64,000 nucleotides of DNA from Squalus acanthias (Eukaryota). The position numbers were made by a program, and so were the translations under genes. Below the pieces are notes generated by a model. The model did no database searches. It was not told the DNA's origin and saw only the letters and a list, made by a program, of their open reading frames with translations. Of this stretch, positions 23,344 to 35,371 are shown piece by piece (the first letter of the stretch is position 1; every line of letters starts with the position of its first letter). Location: positions 102,922,001 to 102,986,000 of the forward strand of contig CM059432.1 in NCBI GenBank assembly GCA_030390025.1, given 5' to 3'.

Positions 23344-25339
23344 CTACTTTTTACCCTTCGAGGGTGATCTCCTTCCCTTGCGCACTTCCCCCCTTCTAAC
23401 CCTACTGCTCCTCCGTAATGGGACCTCAGTGGCTGCAGCAAGGCTGGTGGAAGGCTGCTGCTTGTCAGACCCTGACACTGCAGATGCCCCTGAAGGACGG
23501 CCTCGACCACTTCTGGGCCTGGAGGGCCCGGCTGCAGACTGCACCAACTCTGCATGGGCGGCAGCAGTCTGTCCTACAGGCGGTGGCAAGTGCAGTGGAG
23601 AAGTGACAGTGTTGGCAGCAGGAATGCTGTCATCGTGAGAGAGGACAGCAACTCCCTGCTCGCCCGACACACTGGCACTCCCACGGGGCAGCACTTCAGC
23701 ATCCGGAGCAATTTGCCGGAGAACAGATTGCTGGCCTGCTGCGGCGCGGTGACAGCCCCGGGGACATGTGCACGAACCATCGAGGATGGCAGCAGTCAGT
23801 GCTCGCGTGGCCTCAATCTGAGTCTGCATGAGAGCAGGCTCAGATGGGTTCCTGGCAGCCAGTGACTGAATTGCAGCAGTAAGCTTTAGTGTGGCATCCG
23901 CCTGTGCTACAGCGAAGTGCTCCACACTCCTTGCCAGTGCCTCAATGCATTCGGGCACCCTTCCCACTGCACCCATGAGCTCAGTGTGCATGACCACCGC
24001 CTGGCTGTTCATTTCTGCAATCAGCCGCTCCTCCTCTGCGTCCATTGCATTAGGAGTGTCTGGCATACTCTCCCTCTGGGGAGAAGGCTCCCGTTCTTCC
24101 CTCCCCCCCCCATGGCGTTGCTGCAGCCCGCTGGGTCCTGGAACTTCACCATCATCAGCCCCTTCCCCCCTGCTCCCCGTTCTTCCCTCCCCCCCCCATG
24201 GCGTTGCTGCAGCCCGCTGGGTCCTGGAACTTCACCATCATCAGCCCCTTCCCCCCTGCTCCCCCGTTCTTCCCTCCCCCCCCCATGGCGATGCTGCAGC
24301 CCGCTGGGTCCTGGAACTTCACCATCATCAGCCCCTTCCCCCCTGCTCCCCTCCGGGGAAGGCGTGTTCCCAGTGTGGCCATGGGCTTCCTCGGGAGAGG
24401 GTGGCACTGATGCTCCGGCTTCCTCTTCCTCCTCAGCTGCAGCATCACTCCCAGTGGCAGCTTCAGGGACCATCTCCTCAGCTGGTGAATCACCATCTGA
24501 AAGCAGGGAGGTACAAGAGTGGCTTTAGCGTGAGGACAGGGTGGCAGTAAGGGAGGAATAAGTGCAGCGAGTTAGCAAGTTGGATTGAAAGTGTCAAAGG
24601 CTGGTATTGTGAGGGACAAGTGGAAGGACAGAGGACAAAAAGGTGATGACCTTACCATTGCTGTCCACAACGGGGTCGGCGTCTCCAGTGGCGACGGGAC
24701 CGATCACCCGGCTTGCCACAATCCTGTGGACGCGCTCCTCCAGATCGCTGAGGGGTTGCAGCTGAAGCCGCCCTCCACCCGTCCGTTGCTGCTGTCTCCA
24801 ATTATGAGCCAGCTTAGCCTGCAAGAAAAAGGACAGCATCTGAGTCAATATACAGCCATGGTCTTGCCTGATGTGCCTCCCATAGGTGAATAGCCCTTAC
24901 TGTATGCAGCCATGGTCTTGCCTGATGTGCCTCCCATAGGTGAATAGCCCTTACTGTATGCAAAGTGTGGAATGTGTGTGTGTGTTTGATGAAAGGGCCA
25001 TAGGTGTTGCATGAGTGTTGTGCATTGGGGTTTTAAGACCCTCTGGCCATAGAGTGAGGTTGAGATGGAGGGATGGAGAGGTATTGAGAAAAAGCCACTC
25101 ACCCTGACGACCCGAGTGAGGTCGTTGAACTTTTTGCGGCACTGGACATGGGTCCTGGGCACCATGCTCCTGGAGGAGACGTTCTGAGCCACCTCCCTCC
25201 ACACTCTTCTGAACTCGCGTGGCAAAGGCCTCCTGCCACTCTCCGGGAACAGCATGCATCGTCTGCGCTCCACTGCGTCAACCAGAGCATCCAAGGCCCG
25301 CTCGGTGAAGCGATGAGCGCGTTCTCTCACCCTCTCCAT
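23344..25339 (-). CDS. Myb/SANT-like DNA-binding partner of H3; exons 25339-25103, 24818-24656 and 24496-23344; one -1 frameshift near 24175-24178
   Basis: Canonical GT-AG junctions in phase 0 then phase 1. Exon 1 reads RFTERALDAL..W..VA..RT..QCRKKFNDL. Adding one C in the repeat gives about 517 aa. Confidence 0.88.
24090..24351. repeat. Three-copy 87/86-bp tandem repeat in the Myb gene exon 3
   Basis: GTTCTTCC anchors fall at 24093, 24179 and 24266. Confidence 0.95.
24853..24961. repeat. 54-bp tandem duplication in the Myb gene intron 1
   Basis: CAGCCATGGTCTTGCC...TACTGTATG occurs at 24853 and 24907. Confidence 0.95.
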
Positions 25340-27644
25340 GCTTGGCAGCAAAATGGATTACAGGTCTCTCCAGGCTGAGATTCAAGGCTGCAATGAGCAG
25401 GGTGTGGCTGGGGAGCAAGTGGCCCCCCCCCGCTTTAAGAAGTGTCCGGCGCCAGTGTGTCTGTGTTCCCTCGCTAACTGGCAGCAGCTGTGCTGCGCTC
25501 GTGCGCTGAGTTAGCGCCTCACTCCTAGGCCTTTGCGCCTTAAGAGAGGTGTGCAGCGCCTAATTTAGCGCTCCACTCACCTCCCGGGGCGGTAAAAGTG
25601 AAGTTTCCTGTCAGTGCCGATAATTAGCGCCAGGCGCTAATATTTGCGCGCGGACGATATTTGCGCCCCAAATGGGGCGCGACCTAATTTCTACCCCATT
25701 GTCTTTTGGTCCTCACCATAAACTCTGTTCCCTAGCCACTGACTCCATCCCTCTCCCTGGCCACTGTCTAAGGCTGAACCAGACCGTTCACAAACTTGGC
25801 ATTGTATTTGACCCTGAGATGAGCTTCGGACCCCATATCCACTCCATCACCAAGACCGCCTACTTCCACCTCTGTAACGTCGCCCGTCTCCATCCCTGCT
25901 TCAGCTCATCTGCTGCTGAAACCCTCATCTATGCCTTTGTTATCTCAACTATTCCAATACTTTCCTGGCTGGTCTCCCACATTGCACCCTCTGTAAACTT
26001 GATCTCAACCAAAACTCTGCTGCCCATATCCTAACTCGCACAAAATCCCGTTCTCCCATCACCTCTGTGCTCGCTGATCTACATTGGCTCCCAGTCTGGC
26101 AACACCTCTCTTATAAAATTCTCATCCTTGTTTTCAAATCCCTCCATGACCTCACCCCCCTGTATCTCTGTAACCTCCTCCAACCCTCCAACCCTCCGAG
26201 AACTCTGCGGTCCTCCAATTCTGGCCTCTTGCGCATCCCCGAATTTAATCGCTCTGCTATTGGCGGTCATGCCTTCAGTTGCCTAAGCACAAAGCTCTGG
26301 AATTCCCTCCCTAAACCTCTCCGCCTCTCTGCCTCTCTCTCCTCCTTTAAGATGCTCCTTAAAACCTACCTCTTTAGCCAAACATTTGGTCATCTGTCCT
26401 AATATGTCTATGTGGCTCGGTGTCAAATTTTGTCTCATAACGCTCCTGTGAAGCATCTTGGGACATTTTACTACATTAACTGCAAGTTGTTGTTACGATG
26501 GAGAGGATTACAAGGAGTCCTATTGCCTAGACTCTCAAACATCAACTCACCATCAGTTGTTTTCATATGTTCACGCTCTTCTCTTGGAGAAGATTGTGAA
26601 ATAGTGGAAGGATTTGAAGGCTGATTAACAGTCCGACAGGCCGTGACATGAACTCTGCTCCCATAGCCAGAAGTAGCTTTATACCAGCCAAAAGGGTGAT
26701 TAGTCCTATACAGCAGGATGGTTTATGAGCTCCCATAATCTATACATTGACAGGAGTGGGGGCACCCACCCACACTCGATTCAAGTAATCTGCTGGATGT
26801 TAACCAAGAGTTCAGAGCCAGGGTTCTGGTCTCCACTCGCCAGCTCTATCTGGAGTAGGCTTTGCATCCTGCACCTTCAGACTCACAGTGAGGAATGATA
26901 CCACTAGGCCAAAGGCTTGCTTCACTATCGGTAGTTGGGTTCGAGGGATAGAATTTTACCCAATTCAAATATTTCCTATGTATTACTGCTACACAAGCAG
27001 AATATTGCATAACATATTAAATTACTTTACTCTAACTTGCTGTAACAGGAAGCAAGGTGAATATTTACAACAACAACAACAACTTGCATTTACATGTCTT
27101 GTGTTTTGGGAAATACATATCCATCTAACAAGCTCTTTTTATAGATTGATCATATCATTACTTTTTGCAACCTTCCTTTCTTTGGACTATTTTGCCTTTA
27201 AATTGGATGATATTATTTAATTGCTGTGAAAAGCTGCATTTTTATTTCAAACAGAAGTCTGGACGTCCTAGCTCCCCATATGGGCTAAAATGCCCCTTGG
27301 TTATAGTTTACAGTTTTAAACAAAAACTGAGCTGATTGCATAGGGAGCAGGCTTCAGTTGTGGTTTAGCAATACACTTTGTGGTATTTTCTTATTTCAAG
27401 CTCTTATTTTGTTATATTTAACCATCTCGTTATTATAGAATTGCTTCCATATTTTTTTTTTTTAATCCTCAAAGTATTAGGCAGGACTTTGACTCAACAT
27501 TTTGCTCTTTTAAGTATCTAAGTAACAAAGCAATATTTATTTGAGACGCTGATTGAGATTGCCCTGATATTAAAGTGGGTTTAGTGCATGACTTTAAATT
27601 CACAATATTGCTTTATTATTTTACCTGTTAGTGGCAATGTTGGA

Positions 27645-29520
27645 GTGTTAGCTGTGGCTCAGTGGTAGCACTCTTGCCTCTGAGTCAGACATTTGTGGGT
27701 TCAAGTCCCACTCCAGAAACTCGAGCACATAATCTAGGCTGACACTCCAGTGCAGTACTGAAGGAGTGCTGCACTGTTGGAAGTGGCGTCTTTTGGTGAG
27801 ATGTTAAACCGAGGCCCCGTCTGCTCTTTCAGATGGATGTAAAAAATCCCATGACACTATTTTGAAGAAGTGCAAGGGAGTTTTTCCTGATGTCCAGGCC
27901 AATATGTTCTTAATATTTATCCCTCAACCTGTAGCGGGTGGCGGTGTGTGTCAGCTTCACCTCTGACTTATGAGCGGTTCGAATCGCTCCCACTCCCTTG
28001 GTTCTAGACCTTGGACCTATTTGGGGGTTGTGACAAAAAGTGCAGCAGACAACTGGTTTTGGTGCAAGAAACTTTGATCTTTATTCAAGAGAGAAAATAT
28101 AACACAATAATCTTAACACTCTAATAAAATGGGGAACACTTCAATACACACGAGGGAAATTACAGTAGAAAAATACCTCACCCCTCCCAATCCCACTTTA
28201 CTAGCTAAGTTGGGCTCTAGAGGACCAGGGATAATGCTCACCAAACGAATCCTTGACAGTTGAGCTGGTTCGCGGTTTCGGGGTTCGCTGGGTGTGTTGG
28301 TTGGTGCCTGCCGTACCCCAGACGCGGTAGAGGACTTCAACTGCGTATCTGGTCAGTCTTCGCGAGTCCGCTGATGCGGTAGGGTGCGTATTGGATTTAT
28401 CGGGTGAGTACCCACTTTTCTTCTGCTAGAGATAGGGTTTAGAGTCTTTTAAGTGAAAATCTTACCCAGGGGTAAGTCAGGAATAGATTGTAGAGTGGAA
28501 AACTTGTGAATCTTCAGTTTTCTCCCGAGTTGGTTTTCTTTGGTCGCGGTGGCCCAATATTACCCTGTTGGTTGGTGGTAATATTCGGTTGGTTGTTTCG
28601 TAAGGCCCTTGTTGCCGCGAGGTGTCTGATGGTCACTGGAACTGTTGCTCTGGTCTCTTCTTGGTGTTGATCCGCTTCTAGAACGGTGAACTTCTTTGAA
28701 CTCGATGACCTCCTGATTGTTGTAACTGTGTAACTGCTCAACTCTCCTTCTTGGGAAAAGCAGGCCTCCAATTATACTAATTGGGGCCTCCTAATCTGCG
28801 TGCCAAATCAGTCCCGGTTTATTGTAAGATTTTGGCAGGCTTGTTAATAGTAACTTGTTTATGAATGTGTGAAGTGGTTTCGGTATGGTTCCATGAGCTG
28901 TTTAGCTCTTTCTTGATTGTAGTCATTGTGCTCAGGTTTCGAGTTTCCTGACTGGGCCTGAGATTTCTATGGAGTGGGGCGAGTTGATTTGTTTTATGCA
29001 TGTTTTGGATGGGTCTTGTAATTGTTAGAATGTAAATTGTCTGATAGGGGCTGAGTGATGTTAAACAGTTCTCCAGACAGTTTGATTAACTCCAATACTC
29101 AAACCGTCTATTACAGAGGTTGAACCCAACTCCTGTTGCAGCCTTTTCCTTTACAAGCCTAAACATGCCTTTTTTAAAATACCAAATCTTGGTTTTTGAC
29201 CTTGAATCTCCCTCTGTTAGGCCCAATACATTTGATCACCCTGAAGTGGCTAGAAAAGAGTCTAAAGTCCTTTTCTTTAGGGTTTTTTTTTCGAGTTTTG
29301 GGGGATCTGTGAATTTTGAGAATCTTACAACCAACTTTCACTAAAACAAATTATCTGTTCATTATCACATTGCTGTCTGTGGGATCTTGCTGTGTGCAAA
29401 TTGGCTGCCACGTTTCCTACATTAAAAAGTGACTACACTTCAGAAGTATTTCATTGGCTGTAAAGCACTTTGGGATGTCCTGAGATCATGAAAAATGCTA
29501 TATAAATGCTAGTACATTCT
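27645..29520 (+). mobile_element. DeuSINE (SacSINE1-like) split by LTR Y
   Basis: A-box TGGCTCAGTGG, B-box GGTTCAAGTCC and Deu core before 27929. The 3' part resumes after 29329. Confidence 0.8.
27930..29329 (-). mobile_element. Solo LTR, family Y (~1400 bp)
   Basis: TGTAG...TTACA termini interrupt the SINE at CTCAACC|AAC with an (A)ACC duplication. AATAAA lies on the minus strand at 28080-28085, and several motifs are shared with family X. Confidence 0.75.
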
Positions 29521-30833
29521 TCTTTTTTCTGGACACTATTTGTTGTGACTTTTTCTGGTTAATAATATTTGTACATATTTAACCATAAAACAAAAAACAA
29601 GGGAAAATAAAAAGTAGAAAAATGATAGTACTTGAGGCATGAAGATCTTTTGAAGTTGTATCAGTGGAGCCCACTAGTAATATTGATTCATGCCCTAGCT
29701 GACCATGGAGTATTAACTACTGTCGCATGATATGAAGTGGACAATATGTTGTTTTTACTGGTACTTTTACTCCTTCTTATTAAATATATTTCTCTGCCAA
29801 ATCCGTGGTGAATTCAACCTGTAGTTTCATTGCAACCTTCATTTTTCCATTTCTACTGACGCTTGATCATTTTACAAACCATAAAGAAGCTGGTGGCCCT
29901 TCTTGGACATCATCAAATAATGTCACAAGGAAACATGATTTCTCACCTATGCTCACTTGCCTCATTTTATAGTAATTTGGAACTGTAGTTGTAAAGACAA
30001 CCTCATTTTTCTTCCCTGCACAGTACCAAAGCTTCCATTTCATAGCTCAGAATTTATTTTTCATAACAACAACTTGCATTTATATCATGTAGTTCATTTA
30101 ACAGCATTAGAAACTAATTAGTACAAATATACTTTGCAGTCATTTTTTTCCAGTGATAGATTGCACATTATGTATAGCCATCTAAAGTCCCATGCTATTA
30201 AATTTATGTATCACATATCCCCTTTACATGGCAAGTAAGTCTTATTCGTGTTTATCATTTTCAATTTTTCATATATTGCTGCTTACATCCACAAATTGGA
30301 ATGTACAAAATGCATTTTATTAATATTAGGATCTAATATAAAAGCATAATCACTTCTCATAATTGCAGGGTGACTAGATAATTTAACCATAATTATACCT
30401 TCTTCCTTTTTTTCCCTGCATGTCTTATCTCCCCTTGGTATAATATTGAATTTCTAGTGACTTACAACCTGTAGCAGCATACAATAAATTTGATTTAATT
30501 TAGTTTCCATTTCTACACTACTTTAATTCCCTTGATGCTACCCTCATTGCCTGATTTTTATAGCCAAGAAGATTCTTTTATTGAAATGGAAATTTTCTGA
30601 TCTCTCACCATTTCCCACGAGACATAAACACTGTGAACCTTGAAGGTTGCAACCCAAAGAAGCTGCAGTTACTTCCATAAATAAGCTGAAATATTTTGGT
30701 GTTGCACCAGATTTATGACATCTTACCGAGCTCCATCAATTGCAATTTAATTAAATCTTACACCCAACTTGTGTACCGATTGCGTGGAATTTTAGCTAAT
30801 TTATTCTTCATCTTCAACTCTTCTAATTTCTTT

Positions 30834-31636
30834 GGGGGAAAAATTGGGTATCGGCCATTTTGGGGCGCTAATATCGGCCGGGCGCAAAATTTAGCGCCGT
30901 CGCTAATTATCACCTGCGACTGCAAAATTGGCTTCTATTGCCCCTGGAGGTGATTTGAGCACTAAATCAGGCGTTACACACCTCTCTTAAGGCGCAATCA
31001 TTGGGGAGCGAGGCACTAACTCAGAACACTACCGAAGCTCAGGCGATGTCAGTTACCATGGAAGCCAGACAGACTGGCGCCATCCAGTTCTTAAAGGGGA
31101 GGGGCCATCTTGCTGGCCAGCCACTCCCTGCTCATTGCAGCCTTGAATCTCGGCCTGGAGAGACCTCAAAAGCAATTGTGCTGGAAGCACTAATGGATAG
31201 GCCATGGGAAAAAGCTCGGTGAGTAGGAAGCTCAAAAGTGGTGCTGAGGGCGTTAAATCTCTCCAGACGTCTCTCTCTCCCTCTCAACCTGTGTGTACCA
31301 AAGATTTTGCCGACAAGTAAAGGCATGAAGTGCCCGCCTTTAAATAACGCTCCCCCAGCCCCTTTCCAACTTGAAAACGTTCCCCTCTACCTGCCCTTCC
31401 TAGCGGCAGGCGCTAATATCCGGTCCGGTGCGCTACCGGGGTGTTGCACGCTCGACTGACGCCACGATCTGCAGGCGCAAGAGATCATGGCGGTAGTGTT
31501 TAGCGCCGCCGCAAAATGATTGGTCAATTTCACAAGTGGCGCTAAAATCACCGCACTCGGCGCTAAGTTCCTAGCGCCCCGTTTGCGCCCGCCAGAGGCG
31601 TTAACGGGAGGCGCTAACCAATCGAATTTTTCCCCC
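30834..31636. mobile_element. Non-autonomous deletion derivative related to H3 (803 bp, inverted)
   Basis: Perfect 12-bp TIRs GGGGGAAAAATT and a TTT TSD. Both ends resemble the H3 subterminal regions. Confidence 0.88.
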
Positions 31637-32293
31637 TTTATATTTTTGAACAAGATGCAGTGATTCAATCCAATTATTATTACATTGGGACATAATACTT
31701 AATTGTCAAAACTTTCAACTTTGGCGGGGGCATAAAGTAGGCGATATCGGATCAGTCAGCCGTTTTATCGGATTTTTCCTTCCATTGACTTCAATCAATC
31801 GACCAATCTGATAACACCCGTTTTACACCTCCGGCTGAATTGAATGTTCCACCAAAAGGGGGGATTTTAACCCAAAAAACAGGTGGGTTGTGATCGGGTG
31901 GCAAGTGTTAAAAGTCTGAATCCTGACCAGAACCCACCTCCAACCCGCCCACTTCTGGTTTAAACGGAGGCAGGACAGGGGGCAGGCAGCCAACCCGCTT
32001 CAAGTAGGCGGGTCTTCCATTTAAATATTAAAATAAGGCTGCCGTGCCTCAGATTTAACCTCCATTTTAAATTTAAATGTAGCTTGTCGGGTATTGCAGG
32101 CCTCGTGTAACCTGCCAGCTAACTGCTGGCTCCAGGAAATAATTGCCTTTACACTCACCTCCTGCATCCAGCATCCCTGCCTAACCCAACCACGATTGGG
32201 GCCCCACCACGAGGCCTCCGATCCACCCTTCAGGCCTCCGATCTCCCCCATGAGGCCTCCACCCCCTTCCATGCTCCTCTGGCCCCCCCGACC

Positions 32294-32770
32294 ATGCTGC
32301 TCCTGGACCCCAATCCTGTGCTGCTCCCGGCCCCCGATCCTGTGCTGCTCCCGGCCCCCAATGAGCTCCCGGCCCCTGATCCTGTGCTGTTCCCGGTCCC
32401 GATCCTGTGCTGCTCCTGGACCCCGATCCTGTGCTGCTCCCGGCCCCCGATCCTGTGCTGCTCCCGGCCCCCGATCCTGTGCTGCTCCCGGCCCCCGATC
32501 CTGTGCTGCTCCCGGCCCCCAATGAGCTCCCGGCCCCCGATCCTGTGCTGCTCCCGGCCCCCGATCCTGTGCTGCTCCCGGCCCCCAATGAGTTCCCGGC
32601 CCCCGATCCTGTGCTGCTCCCGGCCCCCGATCCTGTGCTGCTCCCGGCCCCCGATCCTGTGCTGCTCCCGGCCCCCGATCCTGTGCTGCTCCCGGCCCCC
32701 GATCCTGTGCTGCTCCCGCCCCCCGATCCTGTGCTGCTCCCAGCCCCCCATTTATCAACTGCTCCCGGCC
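32294..32770. repeat. 24-bp GC-rich minisatellite (GATCCTGTGCTGCTCCCGGCCCCC)n with occasional 18-bp variant units
   Basis: About 20 units are visible. It explains the repetitive ORFs in all frames. Confidence 0.95.
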
Positions 32771-33265
32771 CTCTGATAATCCCGCCAATCCCCCAGGCCG
32801 CCACTCTAACGCCCGCCTCTTGTGCGGGACTATGCGGCCGCCATTTTGCTGAGGGTCTTAGCGCTGCTGGCCCTGGAGATGAAAATATGGAGAGCATGAC
32901 GTCAGTCAGCATGTAACACCGACTTAACGCCACACTGTGTGAATTTGGAACTTTGCGCTGAGCTTAGCGCTCTGTCCTAAGCTCACTCTGAAAAGCGAGC
33001 GTGCAGCAGACTGACAGAGATGCTGTCAGCTCTTCTTAAAGGGACACGCATATCTTTCAGGTAAGTTTGTATTTAAGCTTTTGGACTGGAACTTTTACAT
33101 TTTATTGAGTAATGGCTTGGAGCAATACATGTTAAAAGTTTTTAAAGTGTGCAGGGAGTGCTGCTGGATGCTTGCAAGGCCGCGGCTGGTAAAGGAAGGC
33201 CTCTAAGAAGACAAATGTGAGAAGTCGCACAACACCAGGTTATAGTCCAACAGCTTTATTTGAAA

Positions 33266-33302
33266 TCACAAGCTTTCGGAGTGCTGCTCCTTCGTCAGGT
33301 AA
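33266..33302 (-). ncRNA. Minimal hammerhead ribozyme, mirror copy with one stem II mismatch
   Basis: The minus strand reads TTAC-CTGACGA-A-GGAGC(AGC)ACTCC-GAAA-GC-TT-GTGA. Confidence 0.75.
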
Positions 33303-33309
33303 AGTCACT

Positions 33310-33346
33310 TCACCTGACGAAGGAGCAGCGCTCCGAAAGCTTGTGA
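33310..33346 (+). ncRNA. Minimal hammerhead ribozyme
   Basis: TCAC-CTGACGA-A-GGAGC(AGC)GCTCC-GAAA-GC-TT-GTGA. Confidence 0.85.
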
Positions 33347-33439
33347 TTTCAAATAAAGCTGTTGGACTATAACCTGGTGTTGTGCGACTTCTCACATTTG
33401 TCCACCCCAGTCCAACACCGGCATCTCCACATCTGAGAA

Positions 33440-33582
33440 GACAGAAAATGCTGGAAATACTCAGCAGGTCAGGCAGCATCCATGGAGAGAGAAACAGAGT
33501 TCACGTCTCAGGTCGAGGTGCAGCCTGACTTGCTGAGTATTTCCACCATTTTATGCTTTTTTTTCAGATTTACAGCATCCGC
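33440..33582. mobile_element. Second Penelope-type terminal fragment (inverted, degenerate)
   Basis: AAAATGCTGGAAATACTCAGCAGGTCAGGC has a partial inverse copy. The same family recurs at 62540-62620. Confidence 0.55.
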
Positions 33583-35371
33583 TTGCAGAGGGAAGAGGAA
33601 GACGCAGAAGAAGAAGATGCAGAAGAGGAAGACGCAGATTAGGAAGTCGCAGAAGAGGAAGACGCAGAAGAGGAAGACGCAGAAGAGGAGAAAGCAGAAG
33701 AGGAGGAAGCAGAAGGAAGGAGGCAACCCAGACAGCCCATTTCTGGCCGGGATATCCGGGATGGAATCATCCACCTGTGGTACCAGTGACCACAAACCCA
33801 ATTCCCCTTTCAACATTTGTCCCACACCTTACCTTCCCTCTGTTACTGACCATCACAACCTCTTCTTGGCCACAATGCTTAAATAAAATCCACCACAAAG
33901 CAAAATTTCCAATCCAACTTTATACATCTTAATAAATACTATATAAATACAAGTTGTTGTTATCTATCCATCCAACATGACATCAAGAAATCAACTAATC
34001 ACCCTTATGCATTCCATTAGTGACTGCCTTGTGTGTGCCTTTGCCTAACCTACTAATGTCACGCAGTGCTGCCCCAATGGCTGCAGCATGGCTGGTGGAA
34101 GGCTGCTGACTTTCAGAGGGGGAGACACTGCAAATGGCCTTGCTGGTCGACCTTGAGGAGCTGGTGGCTGGGAGTGTGAAATCGAGTGATGTTTTTTTTT
34201 AATTATTATTATTCTCTTCTACTCTCTCCTCTCCCTCTTCTTGGTCAACCACTGGCTGTGCAGGTTACATTTCTTGGGTGTATGAAATGAGGAAGGCACA
34301 AGGATGGAGTTGTGGTGAGGGGAGGAGGGGGGAGCAAGAGGTGCATGCGAGAAGGAGGATAACGTATGAGGTTACCAATATCTTGCATCCTTTCAGCCCT
34401 GCCACTGGCCAAGGGCTCAGCCATGCCCCTGCCAAGAATGGCCAGCACCATTTCCTCCAAGGGGGTGAGGTGAAGATAGGAATGGGAGGATTGCCTTGTG
34501 TTGATACAGATTGTTGGTAGGTGCGTGATTGGCGGGGTGGGGGAGGGAGGGGGCGGAGTCGTGCCTTGACAAGTGGTGCACTTGGTAAGAGACAGCTTTT
34601 GAAGATACATTCACTGAACTTGACCAGTGGTCTGAGGTCATGAAGCTTCTTTGGGCACTGGAGTCAGGTCGTGGGGGTGACACTGCTGGCAGTGACGGTG
34701 TTGGTTATCTAGTCCCACATCCTTCTTTCTGGAGGGCCTCCTGGCCCCTGTGGGTAGAGGACCTCTCTTGCAGTACTGACCCCCTGCACAAAGCTGGAGT
34801 GCTGCGTGCGAGACCCTGGGTGTGCCTTCCCTGGCTTGCTGAGCCATTTGTGTTAGTGCTGAAGCACTTTTCCCATTTATTTTAGGTGTGGAAAGCAATT
34901 CAGCTTCGAGAGCTGAAGACTCCCATTTGGGAATTCTTTTTAATGTTAATTTTTTTTAGAAGGCAGTTGAGCTGTAAGGGCTTAAAACTGCCTATTTTTA
35001 TATGATTTTTATTATTTTTTTCATTTTAGAAGGCAATTCCCCTTTAAGGGACAGCACTGCTCTCTAAAATGACAGCTTTGCTTTAAGAGAAGGCTGTTCT
35101 TGCTGCAGCGACGCTAGGGCCACACTACATTGGGCTGCTGCTAGGACTCCTGCCATGAAAACGGCCTTGCACAGTAAGTTTAGCGCTGGGCTAATGTCCT
35201 GCCAGTGCCATTATTTTCGGCGGCCTTTAACTCTGGCCCGCGGTGGCTTCGGCAGGTTTTTAGCGCTCTCCAATTTCTGGGCCAATGGGTTTTAGTCCAA
35301 TGGGTTTCTATGTACGTTGATACTGAAATTCATCTATTGATTTTGAATTGAAATTCTAGCAAGAAATTATT

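Larger units (their letters stand above)
21377..25697. mobile_element. Near-intact autonomous PIF/Harbinger transposon H3 (4321 bp)
   Basis: TIRs GGGGTAAAAATT / AATTTCTACCCC and ATT TSD (21374-21376, 25698-25700). Subterminal TTAGCGCC/GGCGCTAA repeats occur at both ends, with two convergent genes inside. Confidence 0.96.
21060..26490 (+). mobile_element. L2 LINE 3' fragment split by Harbinger H3
   Basis: GVPQGS and YANDIQLY lie before 21376. The sequence resumes (AIVF..) after 25700 with LHWLPV and LWNSLP..LKTYLF. Confidence 0.88.
33210..33432. mobile_element. Inverted Penelope pLTR pair (hairpin) with ~30-nt tail
   Basis: ~96-bp inverted arms (33210-33305 and 33307-33402) matching the Penelope 3' end at 14294-14420. 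Confidence 0.9.
31858..35283. mobile_element. Degraded, probably composite Harbinger element H7
   Basis: Acidic transposase C-terminal remnant (~33590-33780) and minus-strand Myb exon remnants (~34250-34850). Right end CAATTTCTGGGCC; the two termini do not match each other. Confidence 0.65.

Noticed and set aside
27650..27720. tRNA gene
   Set aside because: The A and B boxes run straight into the SINE body and there is no complete cloverleaf.
30331..30350. 20-mer ATCTAATATAAAAGCATAAT repeated at 35602
   Set aside because: It is short and AT-rich, the flanks barely align, and there is no interpretable structure.
31703..31853. Additional small MITE
   Set aside because: It has the CCATTGACTTCAAT core, but the termini and TSD are too degraded to define.
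32021..32933. Long repetitive ORFs (GPGAAQDR, GSSTGSGA) and a CRISPR-like appearance
   Set aside because: These are products of a 24-bp minisatellite open in all frames. There are no unique spacers and no cas genes.
33482..33886. Lys/Arg-rich 134-aa ORF
   Set aside because: It is an alternate frame of the 15-bp acidic (EEEDA) repeat from a transposase C-terminus.
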